Translations under genes and position numbers: made by a program | Notes under the pieces: model-generated | What the model saw: only the letters and a program-made list of their open reading frames with translations | Databases searched by the model: none | What the model was told of the DNA's origin: nothing | Part shown: positions 1-8,436 of the stretch, in pieces | Position numbering within the stretch: the first letter of the stretch is position 1 | Layout of the letters: each line of letters begins with the position of its first letter | Virus record (IMG/VR): IMGVR_UViG_3300032296_002061 | Coordinates: 1-52,429 of that record | Source of the DNA: a virus | Lineage: Duplodnaviria; Caudoviricetes | Strand: one strand, 5' to 3' | Length of the DNA: 52,429 nt

Positions 1-123
1 ACGTTGATACGTCCGTGGTCGGCTTGCTTGACCTTCAGGGCACGATTGATTGCAGCACCAACCCGAACTACCCGGCAGCCAACAAGGGCGACGTATGGGT
101 TGTGTCGGTGGCCGGTCTTATTG
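1..123. repeat. Terminal direct repeat / circular assembly overlap (copy 1)
   Basis: 1-123 is identical to 52307-52429, giving a unit genome of 52306 bp. Confidence 0.97.
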
Positions 124-1403
124 GTGGCGGTGCCGGTATCTCAGTGCAGGCTGGTGATGCGCTAGTGGCATTGGCCGACAACCCAGGTGGTACGCAAGCA
201 GCAGTCGGCTCAAGTTGGAGTATCTTGCAGGCCAATCTTGTGGGCGCTCTGCTTGCGGTCAACAACCTGTCCGATGTGCAGAGCGTAGCCACGGCCCGCA
301 CGAATCTCGGCCTTGGCACTGCGGCTCAATCTAACGTAGGCGACTTTGCCACGGCCGCACAGGGCACGCTCGCGAGCACTGCCGTGCAGCGGGCTGGCGA
401 TACGATGAGCGGCTCGCTGGTCTTGGGCTCCGGTGCATCATTGACCATGAGCGGCGGCACACTGTCGGGCCAAGGCAACATTCGGATGGGCGCTGCGGCC
501 AATCCTGCGTATGACTCAAACTTGATCTATGCTGACGCCAATACGCGGACGATGGGTATGCTCTGCTCTGCAACACCTGCATTCGGCGCAGCAAACGGCC
601 CATACGTGGGTATGCGCGGCAACACGTACAGTGCGATTAGCAACCAGCGTGGCAACTTGTTCCTTTCTGCCGGCAACCCAACCACACCGGCGGCGGCTGA
701 GGGCGTAATCAGCTTCCTTACAGGCGCAGACCAACTGCGGATGCGAATCGACAACAGCGGATTTGTTGGGATCAACTATAGGGCCGCAATTGCCTCTAGT
801 GCCACGACCTATCTCCTGAACTTTGGCGCAACCACCAAGGGGTTGCACGAATACAACAGCGGAGGCACGGGCAACGATTCGATCAAGGTCATCGGCAGCA
901 ATCCAGGCGCAACGTTTGGTGTGCAAAATGCAAACGCTTCTGGTTTTTCCGGCGTCGAGTACCTCGACAACGGCGGCACTGTCCGTGTGTTTACCGGCTA
1001 CCAGAACAGCACTGGCGAATTCCGTTTCAACCAGCTAGCTGCTGGTGGGACAATCGTGTTCAAGATTTCCAGCAACAACGCGCTCGAAATCGCAAACAGT
1101 CGAGCGGTCACCGTTCCTGTTTCGCTCAAGATTGGCACATCTGGTACAGCCATCACGCAACAGACCGTCTACACTCCGACGCTCACGCCAGCGGCTGTCG
1201 GTATTGCTCCTCCTGCTGAGCAGACGTTTACGGTTACAGGACTGGCGACTACTGATACTATCACGGTCAATGCGCCTGGCGCAGCCGTGTTCAGCGCACG
1301 TGTTTCGGCAGCTAATACGCTCGCCATCACGTTTATGCCGGCAGGTACCGGCACATACACGCCACCAGCGGGCACATACCGCATCGTGGCTATCAGGAGT
1401 TAA
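1..1403 (+). CDS. Tail fibre / receptor-binding protein, 3' part (gene starts at 52039 and crosses the circular junction)
   Basis: Gly/Ala/Thr/Asn-rich; fibre motifs NNLSDVQSVATARTNLGLG and GDTMSGSL; in frame with ...DAATKGYVDTS at the end of the window. Confidence 0.85.
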   Translation, partial: VDTSVVGLLDLQGTIDCSTNPNYPAANKGDVWVVSVAGLIGGGAGISVQAGDALVALADNPGGTQAAVGSSWSILQANLVGALLAVNNLSDVQSVATARTNLGLGTAAQSNVGDFATAAQGTLASTAVQRAGDTMSGSLVLGSGASLTMSGGTLSGQGNIRMGAAANPAYDSNLIYADANTRTMGMLCSATPAFGAANGPYVGMRGNTYSAISNQRGNLFLSAGNPTTPAAAEGVISFLTGADQLRMRIDNSGFVGINYRAAIASSATTYLLNFGATTKGLHEYNSGGTGNDSIKVIGSNPGATFGVQNANASGFSGVEYLDNGGTVRVFTGYQNSTGEFRFNQLAAGGTIVFKISSNNALEIANSRAVTVPVSLKIGTSGTAITQQTVYTPTLTPAAVGIAPPAEQTFTVTGLATTDTITVNAPGAAVFSARVSAANTLAITFMPAGTGTYTPPAGTYRIVAIRS

Positions 1404-1404
1404 C

Positions 1405-1578
1405 ATGCGTTACGTTCTACTCGCTCTTGCTTTTTCTGCCTGCTCCAAGCCGGCCACCGCTCCGACTCAAGCAATCATTGTTGTTGACGACGTGGTGCAA
1501 GCGGTCGACGCAGCTGAAGCCGTCACTGCCGCCGACGCTGTGAGCGCGGCCGACGCCCCCAGCGCGGTGACACCGTGA
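1405..1578 (+). CDS. Small lipoprotein (spanin-like or exclusion lipoprotein)
   Basis: AGGAG RBS; MRYVLLALAFSAC lipobox-like signal; located in the lysis cassette. Confidence 0.55.
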   Translation: MRYVLLALAFSACSKPATAPTQAIIVVDDVVQAVDAAEAVTAADAVSAADAPSAVTP

Positions 1579-1754
1579 AGGGCAAGCGTACTTACATCGC
1601 GCTCGCTGGCGTATTGGTCAGCGTGGCCATCAGCGTTGCGGCTCGCCATGGATTGGACCTTGGGCCGTATCAGCAAGACTTGACCGATGGTCTTGTTTTG
1701 CTGTTCACTATGGCAGCCGGATACTTCCGGTCTGTTGCGCACAGCGAGGCATAA
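1575..1754 (+). CDS. Putative holin (59 aa, not in the ORF track)
   Basis: GTG start overlapping the previous stop; MKGKRTYIALAGVLVSVAISVAARHGLDLGPYQQDLTDGLVLLFTMAAGYFRSVAHSEA has two hydrophobic segments; upstream of the endolysin. Confidence 0.65.
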   Translation: MKGKRTYIALAGVLVSVAISVAARHGLDLGPYQQDLTDGLVLLFTMAAGYFRSVAHSEA

Positions 1755-1755
1755 C

Positions 1756-2130
1756 ATGCACGACGAGAAGAGCGGCCACTTGGTTACGTGTTTCCTGAAG
1801 TACCAAGCTCAGGCGCGTATCCTGCATTGGCAGACCAAGAAGTTCGCGAGGCACAACGCCTACGGCATGTTGTACGACAAGCTCTCCTCAGGCATGGATG
1901 AGTTTATCGAATGCCATATGGGCAAGTACGGTCGCATCTGCGTCGGCGGGCCGATCGAGTTGGCCAACATGGATGACCTTTCGGTGAGCGAGTTCATGGA
2001 TGAGTTGACCGACTTCTTCCTGTCGTTCAATCAGATGTACGACGCGAAGGTCGATAGTGACCTGTTGAACATTCGCGACGAGATGCTGGCCACAGTCAAT
2101 AAGGTCAAGTACCTGCTGACGCTGGACTAG
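1756..2130 (+). CDS. Ferritin/Dps-like four-helix protein (DUF5856-like)
   Basis: ILHWQT..ARHNAYGMLYDKL..MDEFIE and NIRDEML..VNKVKYLLTL motifs. Confidence 0.75.
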   Translation: MHDEKSGHLVTCFLKYQAQARILHWQTKKFARHNAYGMLYDKLSSGMDEFIECHMGKYGRICVGGPIELANMDDLSVSEFMDELTDFFLSFNQMYDAKVDSDLLNIRDEMLATVNKVKYLLTLD

Positions 2131-2132
2131 CC

Positions 2133-2768
2133 ATGACGCCAGATGAGTTCAACGCTCAAGAGATTGCGGCCGGCCGGCTGACTCCTGAGATGCTAGCGGT
2201 GGCGCTCGCTGCTGGTGGCATCTTGGCGTTTCAGAAAGCCAACGGTCTGACGCCAGACGGCAAAGCCGGCGTGCGCACTCAAGCTGCGCTGGCGGGTCGA
2301 CCCATCCCGGTGGGCCAAGCTGCGATCGAGAAAGTCTACGGCAAGTTCGACTACACCGAAGCACAGGGTGGCCGGATTGTGATTGACCCCAAGTGGGTTG
2401 ATAAGAACATTGCAACTATTCGGCTACACACAGGGCAGAACGTGCGGCTGCACGCGATGGTTGCTCCAGAGTTCGCGGCCCTGTTCGCCAAGGCGTGCAA
2501 GGCGTCGAGCTACACGCCCGCCAGCGTGCAGACCTTTGTGCCCAGGCACACGCTGTGGGATCCTAAGAAGAGCTTGAGCCTGCATAGTTGGGGTATCGCC
2601 ATCGACTTCTCGCCCAGTGAGAACACGATGGGCGGCACCGATGGCAAGGGTGGGCAAAGTAAGCTGCGACAGAATCTGTCGTTTGTGCGGGTCTTCACCG
2701 ATGCTGGCTGGACGTGGGGCGGGTCGTGGAAGATGAAGGACGACATGCACTTTCAGCGTGCGGGGTAG
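2133..2768 (+). CDS. Endolysin: peptidoglycan-binding domain plus M15-family Zn peptidase
   Basis: AFQKANGLTPDGKAG (PG-binding 1); SLHSWGIAIDF and WGGSW..DDMHFQ (M15 Zn ligands). Confidence 0.9.
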   Translation: MTPDEFNAQEIAAGRLTPEMLAVALAAGGILAFQKANGLTPDGKAGVRTQAALAGRPIPVGQAAIEKVYGKFDYTEAQGGRIVIDPKWVDKNIATIRLHTGQNVRLHAMVAPEFAALFAKACKASSYTPASVQTFVPRHTLWDPKKSLSLHSWGIAIDFSPSENTMGGTDGKGGQSKLRQNLSFVRVFTDAGWTWGGSWKMKDDMHFQRAG

Positions 2769-2770
2769 CT

Positions 2771-2944
2771 ATGCGTTTGTGTCTGATTGGCCTGTTGCTC
2801 GCTGGCTGCTGGCCCGCTGCTCAGTGCAAGGTGGCGAGCGTGGACATCTACGCACTTGAAGGCAAGCCCAAGCCGGCCGGCAAGATCGTGGTTGGCTGCG
2901 ACGGTAAGAAGCTGGTCGAGGTCGAAGCGCAAGAGGTGAAGTGA
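2771..2944 (+). CDS. Small lipoprotein, possible o-spanin
   Basis: MRLCLIGLLLAGC lipobox immediately after the endolysin. Confidence 0.55.
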   Translation: MRLCLIGLLLAGCWPAAQCKVASVDIYALEGKPKPAGKIVVGCDGKKLVEVEAQEVK

Positions 2945-3174
2945 TGCTTGACCAGTTGCGTGCCGATTGGATTGCCAGCCCGAAGCGACCGGTGGTGAAC
3001 GCGGCGCTGAGGTCCAGCATCGAGACGGTGTTGAAGGATGCGCTGCCGCTAGTGCCCGACGCTGTGATCGACGCAGTAGCAGCAGCAGCTATCCAGACAC
3101 TGGACGACGCGGCGACTCAGGCGGTTAAGGTCAAGGCAGATACGGCAGTGATTAAAGACCATCGGCCACGCTGA
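2941..3174 (+). CDS. Hypothetical protein (end of the late operon)
   Basis: Overlapping start/stop; helical composition. Confidence 0.5.
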   Translation: MMLDQLRADWIASPKRPVVNAALRSSIETVLKDALPLVPDAVIDAVAAAAIQTLDDAATQAVKVKADTAVIKDHRPR

Positions 3175-3502
3175 GAACCTGGCGCGCATAAGTCTTACCG
3201 CACCTGCCACGCAGCCCAGCATTGCCGCAGCGATAGCCCGCAAGCGCACGCTGCCAGTTGCCGCCCGCACGCTTGTGCCAGTACGCCAGCATCTTGCAGC
3301 CCTCGGCCCGGTTGATAACAGGCACGAACAGCAAGAGCCTGGGTACTTGGCTGTACCGTGGGCACACCTGCATCAGGCCCACGCAACCGGCCCTAGAAAC
3401 GACGAACGGATTGTGACGCGACTCCGCATACTCTACCTGCTTCTGGATAGCAGGAGGCACGGTTGCCGGATGAAGGAGCAGCGACAGGAGGTAGGCAATC
3501 AT
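3152..3502 (-). CDS. Lytic transglycosylase (SLT domain) with hydrophobic N-terminus
   Basis: AES catalytic motif, SRAGCVGLMQV, ALAGY..G, Y..QVL. Confidence 0.85.
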   Translation of the reverse strand: MIAYLLSLLLHPATVPPAIQKQVEYAESRHNPFVVSRAGCVGLMQVCPRYSQVPRLLLFVPVINRAEGCKMLAYWHKRAGGNWQRALAGYRCGNAGLRGRCGKTYARQVLSVADGL

Positions 3503-3628
3503 CGCTTCTTCTTGGGCGCGAACATGCCGCAGTGCGGACACCGCCAGCGATACACCGCGCCGTTCTTGTAAAGCTGGTAGGTGTGGCTCTTGAAGAGCTT
3601 GCACTTGAGCTTATCTAGCCACTTCATG

Positions 3629-3817
3629 CTACTCACCTTTGCTGTAGTTATCTGCCGCCCAGCCTCGACCGTGGAAGTGGACGGGTGCTGCCTGTAGAAA
3701 GACCTTCTCGGTCACGCCGCCGCATAGAAGCTGCGGGCACTCTGGGCAGGGATCGGTCATCTTAGCCTCACCTTCAAAGATGTGGCCACACTTTTTGCAA
3801 CGGTAGTCGTACTTCAT
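3629..3817 (-). CDS. FmdB-family zinc-ribbon protein
   Basis: YDYRCKKCGHIFE...CPEC...VHFHGRGW. Confidence 0.85.
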   Translation of the reverse strand: MKYDYRCKKCGHIFEGEAKMTDPCPECPQLLCGGVTEKVFLQAAPVHFHGRGWAADNYSKGE

Positions 3818-4041
3818 GGCTCTCTCCGCTCGATACCTATAAGCTCACGAGCGACCGCACGCTCCTCGTTCGCCCGTTGACAGCCGCAATTGCACGCAAC
3901 ATCAGCGCGACTCGCGCACCACTGGTCGCAAGTGCGGTATGGCCACCAAAGTATGGCAGCGCGCAGGCGGCGCAGGCGGTCAAGCTCGGGCCACGTCTCG
4001 ACGGCTTCGCGCAGGGCTTTGCATGACATTGGCTTCTTCAT
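3814..4041 (-). CDS. Hypothetical Cys-containing protein
   Basis: GGAGG RBS, coupled to neighbouring genes. Confidence 0.55.
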   Translation of the reverse strand: MKKPMSCKALREAVETWPELDRLRRLRAAILWWPYRTCDQWCASRADVACNCGCQRANEERAVARELIGIERREP

Positions 4042-4247
4042 CCACCGGCCTCCTGTTCCAGCCGCTGCATGGCGACTGCCATTTGGTTGCGGATTTCCTG
4101 CATGGCCAGCCACGCTTGATTTTCCGCGTCAGTTTCCGTCTCGCGTGCACCCCAGTAGAGTGAGGTGCCGCCGTACAGCACCGTCCATTCCCACAGACCG
4201 CTTGGCGCGAGCTTGATTCGATACTCAACCAGGTAATCGGGCGTCAT
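4038..4247 (-). CDS. Hypothetical protein
   Basis: ATGA overlaps at both ends. Confidence 0.55.
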   Translation of the reverse strand: MTPDYLVEYRIKLAPSGLWEWTVLYGGTSLYWGARETETDAENQAWLAMQEIRNQMAVAMQRLEQEAGG

Positions 4248-4558
4248 CGATCCACCAGCCCCGCTGCTTTGCGCAGCTTGGATCGTTGTTGTGCCCACTC
4301 GTAGTGCAGAGTGTCGGGTAGGGCGTCGATTGCCTCGCGCATCCGCTTATTCTGCTCGAGCAGGTCATTGGCGACCTGCCTCAACTCCCGCAGCGTCCTG
4401 GCTTGGTCAAGGAAAGCACACTGCTCATGCGCTTGGGCCCACGTCTGGACAAAGTGAGACAAGTCCTTGACCGGCAACGGCAGCGCCAGCGGCTCGCGCT
4501 GACCGCACGCCTTGCACCACAGGTTACTGCCCTGCACCACCACATGATCAGTGTTCAT
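4244..4558 (-). CDS. Hypothetical protein (CxxC...HxxC)
   Basis: GGAGG RBS; WCKACG...AHEQC. Confidence 0.6.
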   Translation of the reverse strand: MNTDHVVVQGSNLWCKACGQREPLALPLPVKDLSHFVQTWAQAHEQCAFLDQARTLRELRQVANDLLEQNKRMREAIDALPDTLHYEWAQQRSKLRKAAGLVDR

Positions 4559-4956
4559 GGCGCGGCCTCCAGTGCGGCGATTAGCGCCTCGGCTTCGGTC
4601 AAGTGGGTTGCCTGCGACATTGTCTGGAATGTGGAGCCGTGGTGATGTCCGTCCACGACGCGCCGATAGTATTGGCCATTGCTGTACGACGACGTCACGC
4701 ACGCAATGCCGGGGTCGTTCCACGCCTCCCGCACCAGCGCCAGCAGGCAGCCCAGCGTGGCGGGGTCGGTGAGATCGGGAATGACCAGTGCTGGCTCAGA
4801 GACTGGTCCACCATCCTCACAAGCGGCCAATACTCGCCCCTTGTTATCTCCTACCCATCCGGGTTGTGCAGGGATTATCCACAGCATCCCCGGCATCCAG
4901 CGCCAGTGTTTGCACGCCACAGCCCGACGCGCTAGGTCTTGCATCTGATCGTTCAC
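4555..4956 (-). CDS. Conserved phage hypothetical protein
   Basis: WRWMPGM and PDLTDPATLGCLLALVREAW motifs, recalled from small phage proteins. Confidence 0.65.
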   Translation of the reverse strand: MNDQMQDLARRAVACKHWRWMPGMLWIIPAQPGWVGDNKGRVLAACEDGGPVSEPALVIPDLTDPATLGCLLALVREAWNDPGIACVTSSYSNGQYYRRVVDGHHHGSTFQTMSQATHLTEAEALIAALEAAP

Positions 4957-5210
4957 GGCTCCACCTCCCGTTCCTCGCGCCAGTATTTGCCGCACCACAC
5001 GCAATGGCCATACGCCAGCCCGCCCATGGTGTAGCCTGTAGTGGTCATGTTGTGCCCCGTAGCCACGCCGCACTTCTCGTGCAGGGCTTCGCGGGCGGGG
5101 CGCTGCTGCTCTGCGATGGCCTCCAGCGCAGAGGTCGACGCGCTGCGGCGCATCACATCGAGTCGCCAGTACTCAGCGATGATCTGCTTCTTGACCTGCT
5201 CGTCGCTCAC
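4953..5210 (-). CDS. Hypothetical protein
   Basis: Coupled ORF ending in CVWCG. Confidence 0.55.
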   Translation of the reverse strand: MSDEQVKKQIIAEYWRLDVMRRSASTSALEAIAEQQRPAREALHEKCGVATGHNMTTTGYTMGGLAYGHCVWCGKYWREEREVEP

Positions 5211-5482
5211 GGATGCCCCTCCAATTTGCGCATTGCCTCAAGGAAAGTGTCTTCCCCATAATCGCTTGAGTACAAGTAGTCGATGACACGCATGACCTCG
5301 GACAACTTGTTGATGGCAGCAACCTGCTTCTTCAATACCTCAAGTGTTTCAGGTTTGTAACTAGGACAATAGCTCCACGCATTTGGGTTGTCGTTGTTCT
5401 CAATCTCATGCTCAAGTTCGTCCGCGAACTGACGAACCTGGTAGTAGATGTAACGATTACCGTTGAAGTGACCACCGCTCAC
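5207..5482 (-). CDS. Hypothetical protein
   Basis: SGGHF N-terminus and IDYLYSSDYGED C-terminus. Confidence 0.65.
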   Translation of the reverse strand: MSGGHFNGNRYIYYQVRQFADELEHEIENNDNPNAWSYCPSYKPETLEVLKKQVAAINKLSEVMRVIDYLYSSDYGEDTFLEAMRKLEGHP

Positions 5483-5664
5483 TGTTCCTCCAGCACCCAT
5501 TTCAGGGTGCGCTGCTCGACCAGTAGCTCTCGGATGTCAGCACTCGCATCCATGACGCCATGCCAGTCGTTCGCAGCCAGCCGCACCAGCAGGTACTGGT
5601 GCATGATGGCAAGGCTATGCTCAACCTGCTGCAACTTGGCGCGGATGATATCGTGGCTAGGCAT
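5479..5664 (-). CDS. Hypothetical protein
   Basis: Coupled ORF with DWHGVMDA..DIREL. Confidence 0.6.
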   Translation of the reverse strand: MPSHDIIRAKLQQVEHSLAIMHQYLLVRLAANDWHGVMDASADIRELLVEQRTLKWVLEEQ

Positions 5665-5845
5665 CTTTCTTCTTCCGCACCCGCTTGGGCACTACCGGTG
5701 CGCTGAACTCCCAGCCACCGGACACCTTCTTGCACACGGTCTGCCACAGTGAGTCGGGCTTGCCAGCAAAGCCAGCGCCTTCCCACGCGGCCCGCAGCTT
5801 GCGGTCGGACTCTACCCACGCACGCTTCTGTACCGAACGACTCAT
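5657..5845 (-). CDS. Hypothetical basic protein
   Basis: GGAG RBS; fits the operon. Confidence 0.5.
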   Translation of the reverse strand: MSRSVQKRAWVESDRKLRAAWEGAGFAGKPDSLWQTVCKKVSGGWEFSAPVVPKRVRKKKDA

Positions 5846-5846
5846 C

Positions 5847-6299
5847 CTAGACTCCCATCTGCGCCCGACAAGCGCGGCAATAGTGAATGGCTGCGTACTC
5901 AAACCTGGCCATGCTCCACGGCCACTTGCCGCACAGGCTATTGCCAGACTCAAACGCATGGTTAATCAGGTTTCCGACTGCACCCCAGCGGCATCCTTGT
6001 GCAACCGGCAGTACGTACACCGCTTGCTTCGGAGGCTCCAACGATGCGCTGGCAACTGGCACGGTAGGATGAGTGAGCGATACCACTGCTGGTAGTGCCG
6101 CACGCATAAGTTCCTCGCGAATACGGGCCTCTCGCATTGCAAGCAGCACGTTGTTTTCGGCAGTAGGGGTGGCCGGCCTCTCACGTGGTAGCTCCTTGCA
6201 GACTTCGCACCTGCTGCTTTTGCAGATTTTAGTACGCGCCATGCCATGCAGGCGAGCGAGCACTTGCTTGCTGAACTGACGGTCGCTGACGGCGGTCAT
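5847..6299 (-). CDS. Hypothetical Cys-rich protein
   Basis: H..C..CEVC and H..SLCG..CRAC motifs. Confidence 0.55.
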   Translation of the reverse strand: MTAVSDRQFSKQVLARLHGMARTKICKSSRCEVCKELPRERPATPTAENNVLLAMREARIREELMRAALPAVVSLTHPTVPVASASLEPPKQAVYVLPVAQGCRWGAVGNLINHAFESGNSLCGKWPWSMARFEYAAIHYCRACRAQMGV

Positions 6300-6964
6300 C
6301 ACTTCACCCCTGCCAGAAACCCACGCCACGTCTCGGCGCCGCCTGTAGTCATCCAGACAGACAAGCCACGGCGCTGCTCGTTGGTCATGCCAGCAGGCGC
6401 AGGCTTGCCCAAGCTGTCGCAGAACGCAGCCACCAAGTCATACGCCCAGCCCTGCTTATCAAGCCAAGCCATGAAGCCTGCCTCGTCCTTGGCCCAACTG
6501 GCGTGCTCGCCTGGTCGCTGCACACGCTGCTGGTACACGTTGTCCTGATCTCGGTCGGGGTCGTCGCCCGTCTCGATGCAGAACGTCTGCCGCAGCGCAT
6601 ACTTGTACGCGCAGGTCATCGCCTTGTTGCCGGCCTTGTCGCCAGAGTCGGCGCCCTCGCCCAGCGCCTCAACATCGATAAACGTTCCGCTATCTGCGTG
6701 CGTGAATCTAACGATTGCCTTCAGCAGGCAAACGTTCATGGCGCTACCCTTGGCAGTTGTAACTACGCTGCGCTCCACGTCGCGGTACTCGCGCACGGAG
6801 ATGCTTACCCCGTGCTCGACCATCGCGGGCCTCAGCTTGGCAATCAGGTCTGCTTCGCTGGCAAAGCTGTAGCGCAAGCCTTCGCTCTTGGTCTTTTGCA
6901 CGTAGCCATTGATGGCGCCGTAGATGGCGCCGATGGCTGCGTGGATGTCTTTGTGCGTGCTCAT
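6299..6964 (-). CDS. erf: ERF-family single-strand annealing protein
   Basis: GEGADSGDKAGNKAMTCAYKYALRQTFCIETGDDPD signature. Confidence 0.88.
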   Translation of the reverse strand: MSTHKDIHAAIGAIYGAINGYVQKTKSEGLRYSFASEADLIAKLRPAMVEHGVSISVREYRDVERSVVTTAKGSAMNVCLLKAIVRFTHADSGTFIDVEALGEGADSGDKAGNKAMTCAYKYALRQTFCIETGDDPDRDQDNVYQQRVQRPGEHASWAKDEAGFMAWLDKQGWAYDLVAAFCDSLGKPAPAGMTNEQRRGLSVWMTTGGAETWRGFLAGVK

Positions 6965-7182
6965 CGCATCTCCCTCGCAATGCAGTACCAAACGAACTGC
7001 CCCTCTTGCTTGCGAAACAACTTGCCGTCACGATGCAGTTGCACGCACGCGCCGCCGATGTGATTCGACCTGTAGTAGGTCTTGCCGTTGTCCTTCAGGT
7101 GCTGCCAGACATCGATCGCCCGCATCTCGCGGTCGGGATAATCCAGAAACACCTGCAACACATTGTCCTTGTTGATAGCCAT
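6961..7182 (-). CDS. Small winged-helix-like protein
   Basis: Helix-helix-strand pattern; coupled between the exonuclease and ERF genes. Confidence 0.5.
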   Translation of the reverse strand: MAINKDNVLQVFLDYPDREMRAIDVWQHLKDNGKTYYRSNHIGGACVQLHRDGKLFRKQEGQFVWYCIAREMR

Positions 7183-7191
7183 GATGCCCCC

Positions 7192-7947
7192 CTACGCCCA
7201 CCGTGGCGGCTTCAGTTCGTTGCTCTCAAACCGACTAGCCAGACCTGGCCAGTGACCGAACTCATCGCACGCCTGGTACAAGCGCACAGCCGAGTCCCAC
7301 TTGGCACGGCCCCGGTCGATGAACTCTTGGCCAGCCTTCAGCACCACAACCTGGTGCGGCGCCTGCTTGGTCACGAAGATGAACCACTTGTCCAGCTTGC
7401 GACCCTCGACCGCTTGCACCGCCTCTTGGTACGCAGCCGCGCTGATGTGGTACCCGTAGGTCCATGCCGCACGGGTCAAAGCGTCCTCGTCCTCGGCGCT
7501 GGTCGTCTTGATGTCCACGATGGACGCGCCCACGTAGTCCAGCTTCGACTTCAGCAACACGCCGTCACGCTCCCAGAGGTAGACCTTCTCGGCCTCACCA
7601 CCGGTCAGCATGTGGCCAGCCTCAGCCATCACTGCATCCCGAATCCGGTGCGCTCGATCCCAGTCATCTGCCGACACCGCTTCCTTGCCAGTATTGGCGT
7701 GCGCCCAACGAGTAAACGCTTCCTTGCCAGCAGTCGTGCGCCGGTCCACGTCAGGGGCCAGCGCGTAGCGCACATCCACCTCGTTGGGTTCAAGGCACAA
7801 GCAATGCACCAACTTGCCGAACTTCAGTTCAGCCGTGGGCTCGCGTGGATTGAAACGCTCGTATTCAAACGCAGCCGGCGAGCGTAGCAGAACCTTGGCC
7901 CCACTCGGGCTGAGTCTGCGGAGCGCAAAGTATTCTTCGTCCTTCAT
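7192..7947 (-). CDS. PD-(D/E)XK exonuclease, RecE/exonuclease VIII (DUF3799)-like
   Basis: LSPSGAK, FGKLVHCLCLEP, KSKLDY..IVDIKTT, YGYHISAAAY. Confidence 0.88.
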   Translation of the reverse strand: MKDEEYFALRRLSPSGAKVLLRSPAAFEYERFNPREPTAELKFGKLVHCLCLEPNEVDVRYALAPDVDRRTTAGKEAFTRWAHANTGKEAVSADDWDRAHRIRDAVMAEAGHMLTGGEAEKVYLWERDGVLLKSKLDYVGASIVDIKTTSAEDEDALTRAAWTYGYHISAAAYQEAVQAVEGRKLDKWFIFVTKQAPHQVVVLKAGQEFIDRGRAKWDSAVRLYQACDEFGHWPGLASRFESNELKPPRWA

Positions 7948-7969
7948 GTTCCCCTCCGTAATGGTTTCG

Positions 7970-8167
7970 TTAAGCGGGTCGCGGCAACGTGCGCGGTCGA
8001 CCACCCGGCCCACGTGTCGGGCGGGACGGATCAATCTTGCGCATACGTCTACGCAACGACTTGAGCGCAGCTAGCGTTATCCCCAGACGCTCCGCTGCTT
8101 CAGGTAGTGTGGCTGATTGAGCGCACACGTGGTCAATCCACTCGATGTCTTTGCTTCCTCGTGCCAT
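7970..8167 (-). CDS. Small HTH protein
   Basis: TLPEAAERLGITLAALKSLRRR. Confidence 0.6.
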   Translation of the reverse strand: MARGSKDIEWIDHVCAQSATLPEAAERLGITLAALKSLRRRMRKIDPSRPTRGPGGRPRTLPRPA

Positions 8168-8175
8168 GCCTCACC

Positions 8176-8436
8176 TCACGGCGCAACCGTATCGCTAACA
8201 GGCGTAGTTGTCAAGCACTGCGGCCTGGGTTGCGTGCGTTTGATTCGCTTGCCGTTCCATATCTCCGAGTGTTTTTTGGTCGGGAACGGCGCAGTGGTAT
8301 CGCAACGCACACCGCACAAGTAGCAGATGAAGATGCCATAGATGTAGCCTTGCTCGCTCTTGTAGCTGCCGGCGTTACGCCAGCGATGCTTACCTGGCTG
8401 GATGTACGCTGTGCCTGAGCGTATTGTCTTAATCAT
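8176..8436 (-). CDS. Hypothetical protein
   Basis: GAGGTG RBS; H..CYLCG. Confidence 0.5.
   Translation of the reverse strand: MIKTIRSGTAYIQPGKHRWRNAGSYKSEQGYIYGIFICYLCGVRCDTTAPFPTKKHSEIWNGKRIKRTQPRPQCLTTTPVSDTVAP

Noticed and set aside
1-1403. Diversity-generating retroelement or invertible tail-fibre cassette
   Set aside because: No reverse transcriptase, template repeat or alternative fibre ends were seen
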